This document shows positions 62,885 to 64,000 of a DNA stretch of 64,000 nucleotides, piece by piece. A program made the translations under genes and the position numbers. Location of the stretch: the NCBI GenBank assembly GCA_002269645.1, contig NIVC01001535.1:62001-126000 (forward strand), written 5' to 3'. The stretch's first letter is position 1, and each line of letters starts with the position of its first letter. This stretch comes from Macrostomum lignano (lineage: Eukaryota). The notes beneath the pieces were generated by a model that saw only the letters and a program-made list of their open reading frames with translations, was not told where the DNA came from and made no database searches.

Positions 62885-63385
62885 TCACCGCGGATAAAAC
62901 GAAGTTGCCTCTTGAATGCGCTCAGCCGGCAGCCTCAGTGCCGCCAAACCGCCGATCAGTCGGTCCCGCTGCAGTCGGCCGTCGATCCGGTCGCGCCAAT
63001 CGTTGAATTCGCTTCGATGCGCGGCGAACACGGTCACCAGCCAGATGACGCAAGTCAGCAACATGAGCAACACTCCGCAGACCATAGCGGCCAGAGTGTC
63101 GAACTCCAACCTGACACAAGTTGCATTCGGATACGTTGAAGCCAGATTTCCGTTGGCGATTAATCGACGTCCATCCGATTCTTTGAAATGCAGCCAGGTA
63201 AAAGCGCCGCTGGGTGCGAAGAGCAGCACTGAATAAGCAACGTCTGAGAACAAATCAATGCGACGCTTGCTAATGAGGCGGTTCAGGTATTGCAGCACCT
63301 GTCGGCACAGGATGCGAGGACCAGATGGGCGCTGTTGACTACGCATAATAGGATAGGCCGCTCCGCACAGCTCACAGGAAGTTGT
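62885..63385 (-). CDS. Last coding exon of a probable MARCH-family RING-CH E3 ligase (end of RING plus two TM helices); upstream exons not found, probably beyond the window
   Basis: Phase-0 acceptor (ggccag|acaact) gives TTSCELCGAAYPI, like the RING-CH C-terminal CELC..Y/F, followed by two hydrophobic segments and a stop at 62885. Confidence 0.65.
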   Translation of the reverse strand, partial: TTSCELCGAAYPIMRSQQRPSGPRILCRQVLQYLNRLISKRRIDLFSDVAYSVLLFAPSGAFTWLHFKESDGRRLIANGNLASTYPNATCVRLEFDTLAAMVCGVLLMLLTCVIWLVTVFAAHRSEFNDWRDRIDGRLQRDRLIGGLAALRLPAERIQEATSFYPR

Positions 63386-63469
63386 CTGGCCAATTGTGAC
63401 AAAAAATCGATAAAGCAATTTACTGTTTACCTTTGTGATCTTGGAAGAAGCTTTGATTTCGAAACTCAT

Positions 63470-64000
63470 TCCCGAAGCCGTGATAAGGGACTTTATTCCC
63501 CTAGATCTATATGTAATGAGGGAATTAATTTCCCACGCTGTAATGAGGGAATTCATTCCCAAGCTATAATGAAGGAGTTATTCCCAAAGCTATAATGAGG
63601 GAGTTTATTCCCCACGCTGTAATGAGGGACTTTATTCCACAAGCTGTACTACACGTAAGAGAGTTTAGCCTCAAAGCTGTAATGAGGGGGGAATTTTTCC
63701 CATAAGCTATAATCACGGAGTTTATTCCCCAAACTATAATACGAGAATTTATTCCCTAAGCTGTAATGAAGGGGTATTTATTTCCCAATCTATATAGCAG
63801 GAATTTATTCCCGAAGCTTTAGTGAGGGAATTTATTTCCAAGCTGTAATGAGGGGGAATTTATTCCCCAATCTATATTGCGGGAATTTATTCCCTAAGCT
63901 TTAGTGAGGGAATTTATTCCTCAAGCTGTAATGAAGGGGAATTTATTCCCTAATCTATATTGCGGGAATTTATTCCCTAAGCTTTAGTGAGGTAATTTAT
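63470..64000. repeat. Degenerate tandem repeat of about 27 bp (gtaatgagggaatttattcccaagct)
   Basis: Directly visible, runs off the window end. Confidence 0.88.

Overview
Repeat-rich eukaryotic (invertebrate animal) genomic DNA with spliceosomal GT-AG introns. The style suggests a free-living flatworm such as Macrostomum, but that is inference only. In order: (1) the 3' five exons of a teneurin gene (YD/RHS shell, RHS core, Tox-GHH-like tail), 4146-10945; (2) a cluster of six intronless, secreted multi-domain Kazal (LDTI/bdellin-like) genes, 13.8-28.0 kb, interrupted by a 2.5-kb (GACT)n array; (3) a Cys-containing FN3-repeat gene and an upstream pseudogenised copy; (4) two tandem paralogous genes that I reconstruct as signal peptide + two class-C-GPCR-type Venus-flytrap (ANF receptor) domains + one TM helix + short Tyr-rich tail, with no 7TM and no enzyme domain, showing block-wise gene conversion; (5) an internally deleted Tc1/IS630-type transposon with a nested 5'-truncated LINE; (6) an 11-exon amphiphysin/BIN-type BAR gene that appears to lack both helix H0 and SH3; (7) a tRNA-Val with a GAC anticodon; (8) a Penelope-like element 3' end with a hammerhead ribozyme; (9) the last exon of a probable MARCH RING-CH ligase. 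Most long ORFs in the supplied track over simple repeats are artefacts. All family calls come from recalled motifs and hand-checked splice phases; no database search was run.
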